Shown here: one piece after another, positions 48,196 through 61,525 of the stretch
Layout of the letters: every line of letters begins with the position of its first letter
Position numbering within the stretch: the stretch's first letter is position 1
Assembly (NCBI GenBank): GCA_943704425.1
Contig: CALSCP010002643.1
Location: 23,285 to 87,284 of the forward strand
Direction: 5' to 3'
DNA: 64,000 nt
Origin: Ministeria vibrans ATCC 50519
Lineage: Eukaryota > Protista > Filasterea
The notes under the pieces: generated by a model
What the model was told of the DNA's origin: nothing
Seen by the model: only the letters and a program-made list of their open reading frames with translations
Database searches by the model: none
Program-made: the position numbers and the translations under genes

Positions 48196-51115
48196 TTACT
48201 GCATTGAGAGCAAATTTTTGATGATCGCTTGATGAGTAATTTTTAAGGGTAAAACGGACTCAAATTGGTCTTCAGCTGAACCAGTCGCACTTGAGCTCAT
48301 AAGCGACTCAAGACACTCGGTGAGTTCGTCCTTGGAAAACCTAAAACGCAGAAGAAGGTTAGTCATTGTCATGATAGGTGAGGGTTAGACTTGTCGAACT
48401 AGGTAGTGTGAGGGAACGTCTTGTGCCATCTGTTAATCTTACTTTTCTCCCTTTGTTTCCAATAAGCGGATAAACTCACTGCGTTCCAGTGACTCTGATC
48501 CACTCAATAATTGAAGCGCCTTTGAAATATCCTCTTCAGTCGTTCCTTCAACCGGCGAATAATTATAAAACACTTCACAAACACCTCAATCAATCAGAAT
48601 CATTACACTTTGCCTTTCTCTTTCTCTTACACATTATTGCATCATTGAAACTGACCAGCTGATCTTCTTCTCTGTCACTTTTCACTCGTTCTCGCACTTC
48701 CTTCTTCAAATCTACACAAATACATCGCATTCACAACAAAAACAATACAGATAGAGTGCAATCATAAAAAAAATTATTACCTTTGATTTGTGCGTTTGAA
48801 ATGTAAAAGCCGAGAGCACGAAAGATGTTGGGAAGAAGAGAGACAGAGAGAAGAGGGGAAATGGAATGAGGAGAGGAAGAGAGAGGAACGAGTTGGGAGT
48901 AGAAGAAGAGGAGACGGAGAGACGGAAGGAAGTGGGGCGAAGGAAGAGGGGGAAGCGACGTGGAGGAGGAGGAAGGGGGAGGAGGGAGGGCGAGGTGCCA
49001 TTGGAGGAGAGCGGAGTCGGGGCCGGCGGTGGTAAAGAGGCAGGAAGAGGTGTGAGTGAGAGCGGTAATGGGAGAGCCGTGAGCAAGGATGGCGTGGTGG
49101 TGGTGGTGGGGAGGAAGCAGATGAACGCCCAGGTGGGAGTGGATGGCAAACGCGGCGTAGGAAGGGTTGGAAGGGATGGGAGTGTGGTGGTGGATGGGGT
49201 GCGGGAGATGAGGGTGCGGGGCGCGAGTGGTGCTCAGACATGCTTTGGTGGTGCTGTCGAGGGTGCGCACTTGGTGGGTGTCGGTGGTGACCAGGAGACG
49301 CGTGCCGTCGTCGCTTGCGGTGATGGTTGTGGGAATTTCTGTGGTGCTCAGGCGGGTGCGACTGAGCAAACGCACTCCGTTGGCGACACACGACTGTGAT
49401 AAATCGTACTCCACTAAATACCGGTCTTCGCCGACAGAGACAAGTCGGGCGACGGTGGAACTGGACACAAACGTCACCGAGCGAATGGACGCGCGATGAG
49501 AGCGGTACTTGCCCACATAGCGCCATGGAAAGGTGATGTCATGGTCCAGCACAGCAACAGTCCGTTCCAGTGCGGCTGCCTCTGCCTCTTCAAGTCGCTG
49601 GTACAGTGCCACACAGCGGTCTGCGTCTGCCGTGGCCATCCACTTCCCTTCCGCACTGAAACAGATGTGAGTAATCGCCTCGCGCGACCGACGGAACTGA
49701 CTGCGTTCCGACAAATCCGACAGTGTCAGCGGATCGAGCAGCTGCAAATGACCCGTGAGCGACCCAACAGCGACTGTGGTACCCAATGGATCATACGCAA
49801 GCACAGAGACCATTAGCGGCTTCGCATTAGGCTCACTTGTGACGTGCAGTAGGCGTGTGGCCACCGTGCGACGTGCCTTGTGGTCCACCAGCTGAGCCAC
49901 CCCAGAGCGCCCCGCCACAACCACATGTTGTGGCTGGGGATGTGCGAATGGTGCGGCAGCCACTGCGTATGCGCCTGCAGAGTGGCCCTGCAGCACCACC
50001 CGCAACACTTTGTCGTTCTCGACGACACTTTCCCTCTCCTCAGGCGCATCTTCCGACGACGCAAGGCACACTGTTGCACTGCGACTCAGCATCACAAAAT
50101 CCGGCAGTGCCGTCAACTCTCTATCGCGCGACGACGCGTTGGCATCGTAACGTTTCTTGCACTGCCTTCCAAAAGACAGGTGCTGCACAGAACCCACGTC
50201 GAAGCAAGCGTATTCCTGCAGCAGCTGAAAGCGAGTGTTGAAGATGCGCACGAGTCCTTTGCTGTCGCCTGTCGCAATCACACGTGACTCTGGTACGTAG
50301 GCAACCGCAGACACCGCGGACTTGTCATGGACGCGTACGACTTTGCGCGCATAGTACGACTGAGGAGCACTCGTGTGGGTGGCCCACGCGACCAGATCGC
50401 CGTTGACCGTGCCCGTCACTGGCGTGTGCGTGTCGTGCACAAACGTGGAGCGAGTAAACCGACTCACAGCCCGCTTGAACTGCTCGGCGCGCGGTCGTTC
50501 CAGGCGCTGTACGGATGTCTTGGTGACAAAAAAGACGGCGGTCGCACTTGTGCAAATGAGCTGGGAGTCATCGGCGCCAAAGCACACTTGTGTGACGCGT
50601 GCATCGCCCTCCACCCGCGGCAACAACTCGTCCACCACCGCCTTGTCGCCCCCCTCCACATTGCTCCAGTCCCACACACGAATGCGCTGCCCTTTGCCAT
50701 CGTCGTCGGAGGCACTGCGACCGACCGACGCCACAACGGTGCCACTGGGTGACATGGCGAGCACGTCAACGCCGCCTTGGTGAGGCGCAAAGAGAGTGCG
50801 CACCGCCTTGCCTGTTGTTGCGTCCCATACAGCCAAGAGACTGTCGTCGCCGCGGTCACCGGTGGCAAGCCAGCGACGATTGGCGCTGGCGGATGTGGAA
50901 GAAATTGTGTTGACGTGCGCCTGCAGCAACACTTGCGAGTTTGTCGCAAGGTTGTGCACCACGCCGACCGTGCCGCACGCGTAGAAGATGCGCTGGTTGC
51001 CCTTGTCACCGTCTTCGTCGTTTGTTACGTTGTCCACTGTCGATGTGTATTCGTCGTCAACAAACGTATTGATGCCATACGCATGCTCGAGTCGAAGCCA
51101 AGGTTCCTCCGCCAT
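48196..51115 (-). CDS. CFAP251: WD40 cilia/flagella protein CFAP251/WDR66, multi-exon 3' end
   Basis: LLQAHVNTISS..RWLATGD..VWD; WRYVGKYRSH..RLVSVGEDRYLVEYDL; LFFYSQL; LPNIFRALGFY; degenerate EF-hand tail. Confidence 0.85.
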
Positions 51116-51195
51116 CGTACAAAGACGTGTACAGACCACAGAGGGAAAAAAACTAACAAGCAATCATGATCGGTGGGATTTGGTGTCTTCAAATC

Positions 51196-51209
51196 ATTAC
51201 CATGGCAAC
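51196..51209. promoter_or_regulatory. RFX X-box (CFAP251 side)
   Basis: ATTACCATGGCAAC in the CFAP251/SPEF2 divergent promoter. Confidence 0.65.
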
Positions 51210-51345
51210 GCGAAATAAATTAATTTCTTTCTGCTCTTTTTTCAACTGTCGCTCACCACGTCGTCTTGACGTCAACAGTTCAATATCATTGTGCCCTATT
51301 GACAACTTTGTCCCTCTTTATTCTTACAACTTTGCCCTGCGTGCC

Positions 51346-51359
51346 GTTGCCAAGGTCAC
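51346..51359. promoter_or_regulatory. RFX X-box (SPEF2 side)
   Basis: GTTGCCAAGGTCAC, 12 bp before the SPEF2 ATG. Confidence 0.55.
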
Positions 51360-51371
51360 CAGCGTCTTTTG

Positions 51372-54300
51372 ATGACTTCGATTTTGTGCACCTGGCTCAA
51401 TGAAGAGTTGAAGCTCTCAAAACCCATCGGTACAAGAAGCGTGCTCTCTACATTGCCCACATCGCTTGTCAATTTCTGTCAAGGCTGAAAAATTCATTTT
51501 TTTGGTTGTCAGAAACGGATCGCTTTGCCGAAGCATTTTGCAACGGCTACCTGCTTGGCGAGATCCTCCATCGCCATGGCCTACAGGTACGCCTGTCGTT
51601 GTTCTTTTGATTTCTTCTTCTTCTCCTGACAAATCTTTTTTTGTCTGGCAGGACAACTTGAAGGCGTTTGTGCGCGGCAACACTGTGGAAGCCAAAACAC
51701 GAAACATGACGCTGCTCGAGCCCACGCTGCGTCTGCTACACATCCCCTTTGACATTAAGACGGCTCGTGATCTCATGGAGGCGCGCTCGGGCCTTGCCAA
51801 TCGACTGGTGCAGCAGGTGTATGTTGCACTGCAGCGCATGCAAGAGCGCGGTCAGACTGCCACGTCGCTCCGCACTGCACGCGGCGATGCCAAGACGCTC
51901 AGCGACGTACACAATCACGATCGCTTTGCTCAGCTGCTGGTGCAGTCGTCGGAGCGCCAGACCGACGTGGACATGCGCGAAAAGGTCGATCGACGATTCA
52001 GTGCGGAAGCGCAACAACGACAACTGCTGCTCACCGAACGCGAGCGAGCACAACGCGAACGTGAAAAGTCCAAACGCACAGAAGAGGTGAAAAGGGCAGC
52101 AGAGCGACGGCGTGAAGCAAAACGTGCCTACGACAAGCGCATTTTGCAGCAGCAGCAGCAACAACAACAACAGTCGTTTGTGCTGCCCTCCTCCGAGTCA
52201 TTTGCGCGCTACTCCACGCGCTCCTCCACAACCACCACTCCCGCAACGACCGCTTTCTCGCGCAGTCATGGTTCAATTACCTCTCGCCGTGTCTCACAGC
52301 CCCACCAAGAAGATGGCGACAGTGAGCAAGCGGCCATCGAAGTGCACGAGAGCATTGGCGCATTTGAGGCGTCACTGCGCAAGTTTGGCATTGACCCCGA
52401 CAACAGCAACACCAACAGCACACTTGACTCCAGCGCCACTTTTACCGCTCAAAGTCCCGCGGTGCTTGAGCCACTTCCCACCATCACCACCACCACCACC
52501 GCCGCTGCCACAACAACACCACCACCACTACCAACAACAGCAGCAACAGCAGCAACAACAACAACAACAACAAAAGTTGCACCTGCGTCAAGCTCACTCG
52601 CAGCGGACGCGACAATGACTCTTGGGGGCACTGACCATGAGTACACGGACGAGTACATTGAGAGGATTCGCGAGCGCAAACGCGACGAAGAACTGGCGCG
52701 ACGAGAGCGGGAGAAGCGACGACGCAAGGCCATGGTGGACGAGCAGATGGCGGTGGCAGCGCTGGAGGAGGCGCAGCGCGAGGAGATGCTACTGGCCAAG
52801 CTCATGCGCCAGTCGATGTTTGAACGTGGGATTGCAGCGCAGCTCATGCAAACGCGACAAGAGAAGGATGCAATACGGCAGAACCGGCTATTGCGCGAAC
52901 GGCAGATTGCCGAGCGCCGTCAGCGTGAGTACGAGGAAGCGTTGGTGCGCGAGGCACAGTTGGCGGCACTGGCACGCGAGCAGCACGAGCGAGAGGTGGA
53001 ACAGGAGAGGAGCGAGTACGAGGCAGAGGTGGCACGGCAGCAGAGCGAGGAGCGCGCTCAGCACACACGCATGTGCCGTGGGATTGTGCTGGAGATGGTT
53101 GCAATGGCGCAGCGACTAGCAGAGTATCGTGTGATGGTTGGTGGGGCGCAGTTTGTCCCGTCGAAACTGCGACGCGAGTGGCACACACTGTTTGTGGCGG
53201 GTGAGTCACTCGAGTACAAGAGTGGAGAGAGTGCAGACAATACGAACCACACGGAACTATGCGACACTGCCGAGTCGCTTTTGCGCTCATTTGACTTTGA
53301 CGAGTACTGCGCTCGCAATGGCGAATGGAGCGCAAGTGCCGAGCCGAACGTTGACACTGACAATAAGTGCAGTTCGACGCTCATGCACTGTCTTCAGCAC
53401 ATGCTCGACTATGCTGTGCCCACTCCGTCACCGCCCCCTCCACCCGTCTTCCCCAACTTTCCCATTCGCGCTGCACTCACTGGCAAACCGTTTACAGGCA
53501 AGTCAGAGGCACTCAATGTGGTTGCGCCGCGTCTGCGTCTCACGGTCATCCGTGTGCTTGATCTGGTGCGCGAAGGACTCGAGGCACACGACCGACAAGA
53601 GACTCAGCCACTGGGCGACGAGGCGCGACGTGATCGTATTGCAGCTGCCGCACGGGAGGCCGAGCAACGCGTGCGTGCCCTCAAAATGCCCTCTGAAGCA
53701 GTGCTCAAGTCAGCGGTGTCTGTGGAGGTGGACCCTTGGAACCTCGAGAGCATTTTGCAGTGTGAGATGCCACCGACACGACTACCAGCAAAGGTGGAAG
53801 AGGAGCCTGCCACAACGCGCCGTTCGCTGTCGAGCCGTGGCAAGAAGACGTCGCCTATGACATCACGGAAGGGTAGCCGTGCCATGAAGCCGTCGGAGCG
53901 ACGTGCAGCTGACGAGGAGGCGGCGCGACAGCGGCTCATCGATCAGGAAGCGGCCGCGAAGAAGGAGCAACAGCGCGTGGCCGAGGAAGCGGCGCTCACG
54001 GAGGCGGTGGCTGCAGTCGAAGCGGAAGCGGCGGCGGCGGGGGAGACAGCGGCAGAGGAGGCGAGACAGATTGCAGAGCAGACGACCGTGCCAACGACAC
54101 TGGCACAGTTGGGCAGTGAGTGTGCCCAGTTACTGCGCGAAGGTCGTGAAGTGAGTGATGCACTGTTGGTGCAGCTTGTTGCTGAGCGAGTGCGCTCCCT
54201 TGGTCGCGAGGAGGCGACGTCGCTTGCAGCCGGTTGGGTTCTCGATGGATTCCCGCAGACACGCGAGCAGGCGCGTCTACTTGAAGAGACACTGTCGGGC

Positions 54301-57300
54301 TACGTCGAAGGAGGTGCACCATCGACACACGCTGACGCAAGTGTGTCATTGCCCGGTCGCGCAACGGCCGTCCGTGCCCGTCGACGACCGTTCAAGTTGG
54401 GTGAACACATTGCATTGGCTGCCGATGATGATCAAGAGATGTGCGCACTACTGGCGCGACTGCCTGTGGAAGTGGAAAATGCAGTGGAGGACGCTGATGA
54501 GACGGTACGAATGAGTGTACAGCAGCGTCACGACGAGTTGGTGGCCTATGTTGCGGCGGCGATGCATGCCTCGCGAGAACAGCTCAACGACGTCAGTGTC
54601 ACCAACGAGATGGTAGCCAGTCAGGCGGCTCAACTGCTGGTACAGGCAATTGTGGCGTACGATGAGCTTGAGGCACTTGAAGATGCGGCTGAGACGGCGC
54701 GCCGTGTGCGGTTAGGGGCGATTCAGGCAGCTGCGGAGGCGCGTGGCGCAGCCGAGCCATGGCAACCGGAACCGATTGTGAGTGGACTGGATGCGGTCGT
54801 GCTTGTCAGTGTGGACGACGAAGCGGTGCGACGTCGTGCACTGGGTCGTCGACTCGATCCACAAACGGGACATGTGTACCACTTGGAATTGGATCCGCCG
54901 GGTGTGCAGGACCAAGAGGGGACATTGGTTGCCACAGAAAGTGTCATTGGTGTGCACGATCGGCTGCAGCGCGTCAACGATGCGAATGGCGTTGGGGAGC
55001 AGTTGCGAGCACGGCTCGTGCAGTACCGACGAGAAGAATCGACATTTGAGAAGTGGTTTCGACCGTTTGAGACGCTGCGACTGGTGGATGGGGAGGCGCC
55101 TCAGACGACTGTCACAGAGCGTATTGAGGCTGAGATCAAGGGAATTGTTGAGCGCAAGCTCGAACGTGAGCGCCTCCGTCGTGATGCGGCAGCCAAGGCG
55201 CTTGAGGCGGCACGCCATTACGTGGACAATGCACTCGATACGCTCGAGGAGCGTCTGGAGCAGAGCCGCGCTGCATTTACTAAGCGGGTCTCTACAATGG
55301 CAGTTCGTCTGCAGCCACAGCTGGCAGCTGCAGCGGCCGAAGCTGCAGCAGCGGCAGCGTCACCTCGGAAGCGCAGTATCGCACGGCAACGCTCCAATAG
55401 TCGCGGCAAGAAGACGCCCGTACAAGAAGAGAAGCCGTTGGTTGTGGTGGAACATCGGGTGCTCAGCGCTATCTTTGCCGAAGGAGGACCCGGTGCGCCT
55501 GCGCCGTCGTCGCCGAGTCGTCGTCGTCGCGACTCGCCATCGCGGCGTCGTGCCTCCACGCCTACCATTGACACGACTGCAGCCGTCCGTGAGCTCCCCT
55601 TGCCGGTGCGTCGGGTGTCTACGGCACAGCGCACAGCGGAAGAACGCGAGCGCAATCGGTTTGTGGCCAACACGCACATTGATGAGCGCGAGGCACACAC
55701 ACTGTTGGTGCAATGGCAGGAGCTGGAGGACATCTATGTGGACGGCATTGCGAGCGTACTTGCGCAGATGCGACACGAGCGTGAGCGCACCTGGCGCTAC
55801 TTCCATCTGACACGCTGTAACTTCCAACGCTTCCTGGCACGCCCCGACGACAAGCAGTTGCTGGTTGACACGTGGCTTGATGAGTATGCTCGCGTGGACG
55901 AAGACATGCGTGACGACGCAGAGACCAAGGCGGAGCTACACGCGCGCATTGAAGACCTACGCGATGCGCTATGGAGTCTGTGCGACGAGCGACGGCGCGA
56001 AAGCGACGAGGAGCTGCGTGCTGTGATGCAGCATGGCTGGCTCGCGGCCCACCTGGCCATTGTGGGCACCCTCTACCTGCGTCTGGCTCAGTTTGAGGCG
56101 GATCGTTTTCAGGAGACGGCGCAACTGCTTGACGACTACTTTTGTGGTGTGGCCGAGGCACGCGAGCCACACGCACTCAGTGAGACGGTCACCATTACGG
56201 CACAGCTCGCAAGTGTGACTTTTGACGACGCGAGCGGTGTCACATCGGAGGAACAACAACAGCCCGAGAGCGCCACAGCGCCTGGGACAACACGACGAAA
56301 GCACAAGATGGGTGTAAGTGGGGCGCGAGACAGCGCAGCAGATGCCGTGGCGGTGGGCTCATCGGGAGGAGCGTTCAGCGCTGGCCCGGCAGTGTCACCA
56401 GCAGAGAGTGGGAAAGTTCAGCTGGCCCGTGTGCGCGAGGGAATCGCACAGGCACGACAAGTGGTGGAGCGACGGGCCGAGTTTGCGCGGTGGATTGGAC
56501 GGGAAATGGAGGAGAAGCAGCGGCGCAAGTTGGAGGTGTTGGAACAGCAGCAGCAACAGCAGCAGAAGAGAAAAGGATCGCGCGCAGGGTCAAGACCGCT
56601 AATGAGAGACAGAGATGAAGGAACAACGGAGGAAGTGGAAGAGGAAGAAGAGACGGAGGAGCAACGAGAGGTGAAGGAGCGGTTGAAAAGAGAGCACAGT
56701 GAGGCGATTGCGGCTGAGACGGCACGGCTTGAGGAGCAGCTGAATGTGCTCGAGCAACATGCAGTGGAGACAGTGGCACTGATGACCCGCAATGCAGCGG
56801 CGTCGTTTACACTGATGGACCAATGGCTAGGCGAACGGTTTCGCCTTGAGTGTGCGTCGGTGGCGACATTTGCAACGACGGCACGGGCTGCTGTGGAAGC
56901 AGAAGCGCCGCTTGCGCACCGTCTTGTGCTTGATGGTGCAACCTTTTACATTGACCGAGGCACTTTGGTTCATGCGCTGCCTGTCGCACCGGCGCCTGTG
57001 CCACCCATTGAGATTGTTCCAGAGTCGACGCCACTGCGCTTTTCGGTGGCTCAGCTGACTGGACTTCTTGCACAGTTGCGTCTGGTGGCCCTTTATCAGG
57101 AAGGGTCGGCGTTGGTGTCGGTGGCACAAGTGGTGCGTCTCATGGAGGCCCATGTGCGACTGGGCATTGATGCGTCGCTGCTCAGTGCCCACTGGCGCAC
57201 TCCGCCCATCACAGGCAGCGATGTCAGTAGCTTTGCGCTCTCTCTGCCGCTCGACACGACGATCCCCTTGGGTGCACTTGTGCCGTGTCATCGTGTCGTA

Positions 57301-57861
57301 GTCTTGCTCTCGCGCATTTCTGAGCGTATCTGTGAGGCGGAGGCGGAGGCGGCAGTGCGTCTTGCGAGTGCACTTGCGCAATTCCGCTCTGCTGATGCCG
57401 ATCGGATCGGTGTCGTTTCCCGTGCCACAGCCGAGGCTATTCTAAGCGACTTCCCTGTTCTCCCTGACACACAGCAGCAGCAGCAGCAGCAACAGCAACA
57501 GCCAGAGGACGGATCACTGTTTGACGTGCGCTCTGCGTGGCACTTCCTTCTTGTTGACATGTTCACAACGACGGGCAAGACTGACTACCGAGCACTTCTT
57601 CGCTCGCTCTGTCTCCATCCGTCCGACGGCGCACAGGGCCTTCAGCGCGCCGCAGAGCTTTTTTCGGAGCCAGAGCACATTGCAAGTGTGCTCATGCACG
57701 ACCAACACCCAAGTGAGAGCACAAGCGCGGTCATTGAGCAACTAGTGGTGAGTGCACAGCACACACAGACACACATGACGTGTGGGGCGCTCGTGGACTG
57801 TCTACGACTCTCTGGGTCGCCCTTGTACGCGCGTGCCTGTCGCGCGTACAAGGCAATATAA
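51372..57861 (+). CDS. SPEF2: Sperm flagellar protein 2 / CPC1-like, 3 exons (51372-51429, 51513-51586, 51652-57861)
   Basis: MTSILCTWLNEELKLS; CH-like FCNGYLLGEILH; EEMLLAKLMRQSMFERGIAAQL; adenylate-kinase-like GKPFTGKS, GWVLDGFPQT and RRLDPQTGHVYH; FLARPDDKQ..KAELH. Confidence 0.92.
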
Positions 57862-58154
57862 TCCCATTAATTTTAAATACTAATAAAGTTTGATTATGAT
57901 AAAAACAATAATAATAATAAAATAATAATAATAAGAATAATAATAAGAATAATAATAAGAATAATAATAAGAATAATAATAATAATTAGTGCACTATAAT
58001 AAACAGACTCAGATGTCGTAGACAAAATAGAGCATTAGAATGCAGGTTGGACGTTGCATGTCATGTGTGACTAACTTGATGTACACTATTGTACAGTGTA
58101 TGACAAATCTCACCACGAACATATAAAAAAAGTGAAAAAAGATAATAAGTATTA

Positions 58155-60131
58155 TTACATGTGAAAAATATATGGACCAGCATACGACTTGGTAGGAGAT
58201 CCTGTAGCATTGAAACTAGAGTTAGCATTGGAACTAGAGTCCGTCTCACTGGAAGCAGAGCAGCTGGACGAGTCATCGTCCGTATCAGCCGACTCAGAGA
58301 CAACCGAGCCCTCTGCGGTCGCGGGGAGAGTTGAAAAGGCAAACGACGGAGCAGTGCTGACCGTGTCAGAGCCCTCCAGACTTGACGTGTCGTCTTCCAG
58401 GTTGTTTTTTCGCACGCCGTTGATGGTCCAGTCGTAGTTTTGAAACTTGATGCGATGTTGGCCGGCAGAAAGAGTTGTCTGAAGCCTATAGCAAACGCAC
58501 CAGGCAGGATCAACGACACGCGAAACAAACATCTCACCATTGTAATCACATAGTCTTACTCAAAGGCGGCTTTCCTCGGCATGTGTTCAATGATCCAGGG
58601 TAGAATACGGTCGCGTCCGCCAAAGTCGGCGACGTACCAGTAGAAGAGCTTTGAGCAGCGAATCTCGGTGTCGGTGATTTCGACGCCTCCGCCCTCGAGA
58701 AAGCCCTCGGTGGCCACTTGAAGTTCGCCGTCGAGGGTGGCGCTGGCGTAAGAGCGGATGGGCGGGCAGCCCTTGGCGCCGCAGACCAGGGCAAAGTGGA
58801 TGCGAGGGTCGAGGCGCTCGAGGATGATGCGACGGCGTGGGTCGTTATGTGCGAAGCGGCGCTTGTGGAGCAGCCCTGCTTTGGGATTGCACCGCAGCAC
58901 GCCGTGCTCCATGTCGTTGAGGGAGTATTCGATGCCGCCAATGACGTATGAGGCGCGGTTGAAGAAACGCGCACGTTGAAGGGCATTTCTAGGAGCGCCA
59001 AGGACTATTTGTGCGTGAATCACAAGCGAATTGTACATGTTGAGAAAAAAGGCACAGCGTTCGTTGTGGCTCAACTGGTCGAGGGAAATGCGCTGAAGGC
59101 GCTGTGTGGCGCACACATAGCGATGGTAGAGTGGCGACTGGCCAATGCCGTCGTAGTCCACACTGCGTCCGTCTGCAGAGAGAAATTCGTCGTACAGATC
59201 GTTGACGAGGGTTCGCAGGTGTTCGGAAAGCACATGGGCGGGGGTAATATCTTCGTTGCAGACCACACTCATGTTGAGACATCCCTACAGTGTGTGCCGA
59301 GAAGAGTGTTTGTCCTCAATGCACTACGTCAAAGACACAACGTCGTACCTTCCCGAACCGCTCATGGGCAATGTAGCGATAGGCGCCGTCGTTGTGAAAC
59401 ATGTGTGGGACGTCGCCATCGAGAGGGCGAAAGAGATGCTTGTCGATGGCGCGCGAGCACAGACTGATCGCTTCAGAGATGCGCATCCGTTTCACTTTCA
59501 AAAGGTAGTTCATTGCCTCAGAGCCAAGAAAGCAGCGGTTTCGCTGCAGGAGAGAGAGGGAGAGAGAGAGACAAGCAAGAACATAAGATAAACAAGAGAG
59601 GGTCACACGGGCGGTGGTGGCGGCGGCGGGAGCGGCCCGCAAGAGGGAGTTGAAGGGAAAGCGAGAGGGGATTCCATTGTGCCGGACACGAAAGAGTACC
59701 TTTCTGAACCGACCGGGCTGCTTGCGGTCGCCGGGCGCAATGGCAGCAACAAGCTCGGCAACAGCAACGGCGTCGTAGTCTTCGCGGATGGAGGGCGTGC
59801 ATTCGACGGTGTTGAGAATGCCTTTCTCGTCGACAGTCAGCGGCAGGGGCGCCCGCTCGTCGTTGTCGCCATAGCTCTCCAAGAACGACATGAACGCGCC
59901 CGCGTCGCCCGCGACACTCTGAAGCTCGGCATTGCCGCCGATGTGGTACGAGCCGACAAAGATCTGGGGCACGGTGCTGCGGTTGGCAAGCTCAATCATT
60001 TCGTAGCGCCGTTCGGGAAGACGCTGCACGTCAATGTACTCCGCACGCACACCCAGCGCACCCAGACGCGCTTCCGTCGCCTTGCAGTACCGGCATCCCT
60101 TTGACGTGTACACCACAACGCGCGGAGGCAT
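58155..60131 (-). CDS. Glutaredoxin-DEP-DUF547 protein, multi-exon
   Basis: CRYC glutaredoxin with TVPQIFVG..IGG; DEP-like CFLGSEAMNYL; DUF547 FFLNMYNSLVIH..LNDMEHGVLR..DPRIHFALVCGAKGCPP..SKLFYWY..DF. Confidence 0.88.
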
Positions 60132-60677
60132 CCTTGTGTAACCGTTTCGTGGGGAATAACTATTACTTAGTTGTGAATTTGCGGTTTGGCAGTGTGGAAA
60201 TTATTCAGAGTGTCTTTTTACCATCTGACTCGACGATAGAGCTGCTCGTCGTCACTTTCGGCCACATATTGGATACTACTGCAGTGGGAGGACGGCCAAG
60301 CGTGTTTCGGGCGCTCTAAACAGTCTCCACGAGAGGTTTATTGTGGTTTGTAAACTCATCCCAAACCAAAAAGGAAATGATAACAAATGCAAATGGAATG
60401 GAGAAAAGCAACAAAATACAGAGGTCATGGTGGCCGAGGGTGGACCAATGGAGGCAATACTAAGCATCCGTGGCTACGGAAAAGTCAGACACTGCGCGTT
60501 TTTCGTTTACCCAATCACAAATAATCCTCTCAAAATTCAAATTTGATTTTGATTACTTTTGAGTTTTGACTTTTCACAATTCACAATTCTTTCTTCCCTC
60601 ATCGGCTTTTGATCGTCTGCATCTCAGTGCTCTGATCAAAACACCGACGAGCCCCAAAGAACCGCTCGCAACCCAAA

Positions 60678-61474
60678 ATCCGTCGCCGGTCAACCACTCC
60701 GCCGCTCGCTCGTGTCCCGTTCCCTAGCGTAAGCCTTGGCCGCCCATTCCTCCCCCATCGCATGCGTCCATGCACCTCCTTTGACTTCTCTGTCGCCGTC
60801 TGCCGCGTGTGTGCGCGTAAGCGCTCAAACTAACGATCATTCGTTTGGAGAAAAAAAATAGGGGGGAAAAAAAAAAGGGAAAACAAACCAGTGCTCGTCT
60901 GTACACGAACGCCCATGGTGCGCATCCCATTTGGTGCGGCGATGCTAATGCGATCCGTCCGGGCGCGTCTCTGAGCGTCGCGCTGGTTTCTCAGAGCGTT
61001 GCAATAAAGCACGCGATAAGACAAACTCGCCCTGTGCGTGCGCATTCCTCCTTCCTCTGGCCCTGCATCCATTGCTGTTGTGTACTCCATCTCTCCGTCG
61101 TCTTGACCAGCGTCAAATCTTCCGTCTTTTGCTCGTTTTCTTTTTTTTTTCTTTTTTTTTTCTCTTCTGCTCATCTCGTCCCATCGATGATTTTCAACCA
61201 ATGGCGGCTGGGACGAGTCCAGCCCCCTCCTACTGGGCTGTCTCATGCCATTGCCGCACTGATTGCGGCCCTGGGGATGGAGATGGTGTTGATTTCTCAC
61301 ACAATGACTTATCATATGAAAACCGCAGTGGCATGTGACTGATGATCATTTCTCTTTCCTCCTTTGCTTCTGCAGCCTCAGCTTCTGCGCAGTCGATTGG
61401 GCCTTACTCTTCAGCTTTCGCACGTCCAAGAGACTCTTGATTTCTTCTCGGAATTCGATTGGGAGCCAAGTTAG
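60678..61474 (+). promoter_or_regulatory. Non-AUG spliced regulatory uORF (uCC-type) of ODC, 49 codons: exons 60678-60728 and 61376-61474
   Basis: aaaATC start; phase-0 intron GTAAGC...TGCAG; peptide IRRRSTTPPLARVPFPS|PQLLRSRLGLTLQLSHVQETLDFFSEFDWEPS*; no AUG in the spliced leader. Confidence 0.8.
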
Positions 61475-61525
61475 CGTGACACGCAGCTCAGCAGTTCAAC
61501 ACCACCTTCAGCACACTTCGTCATC

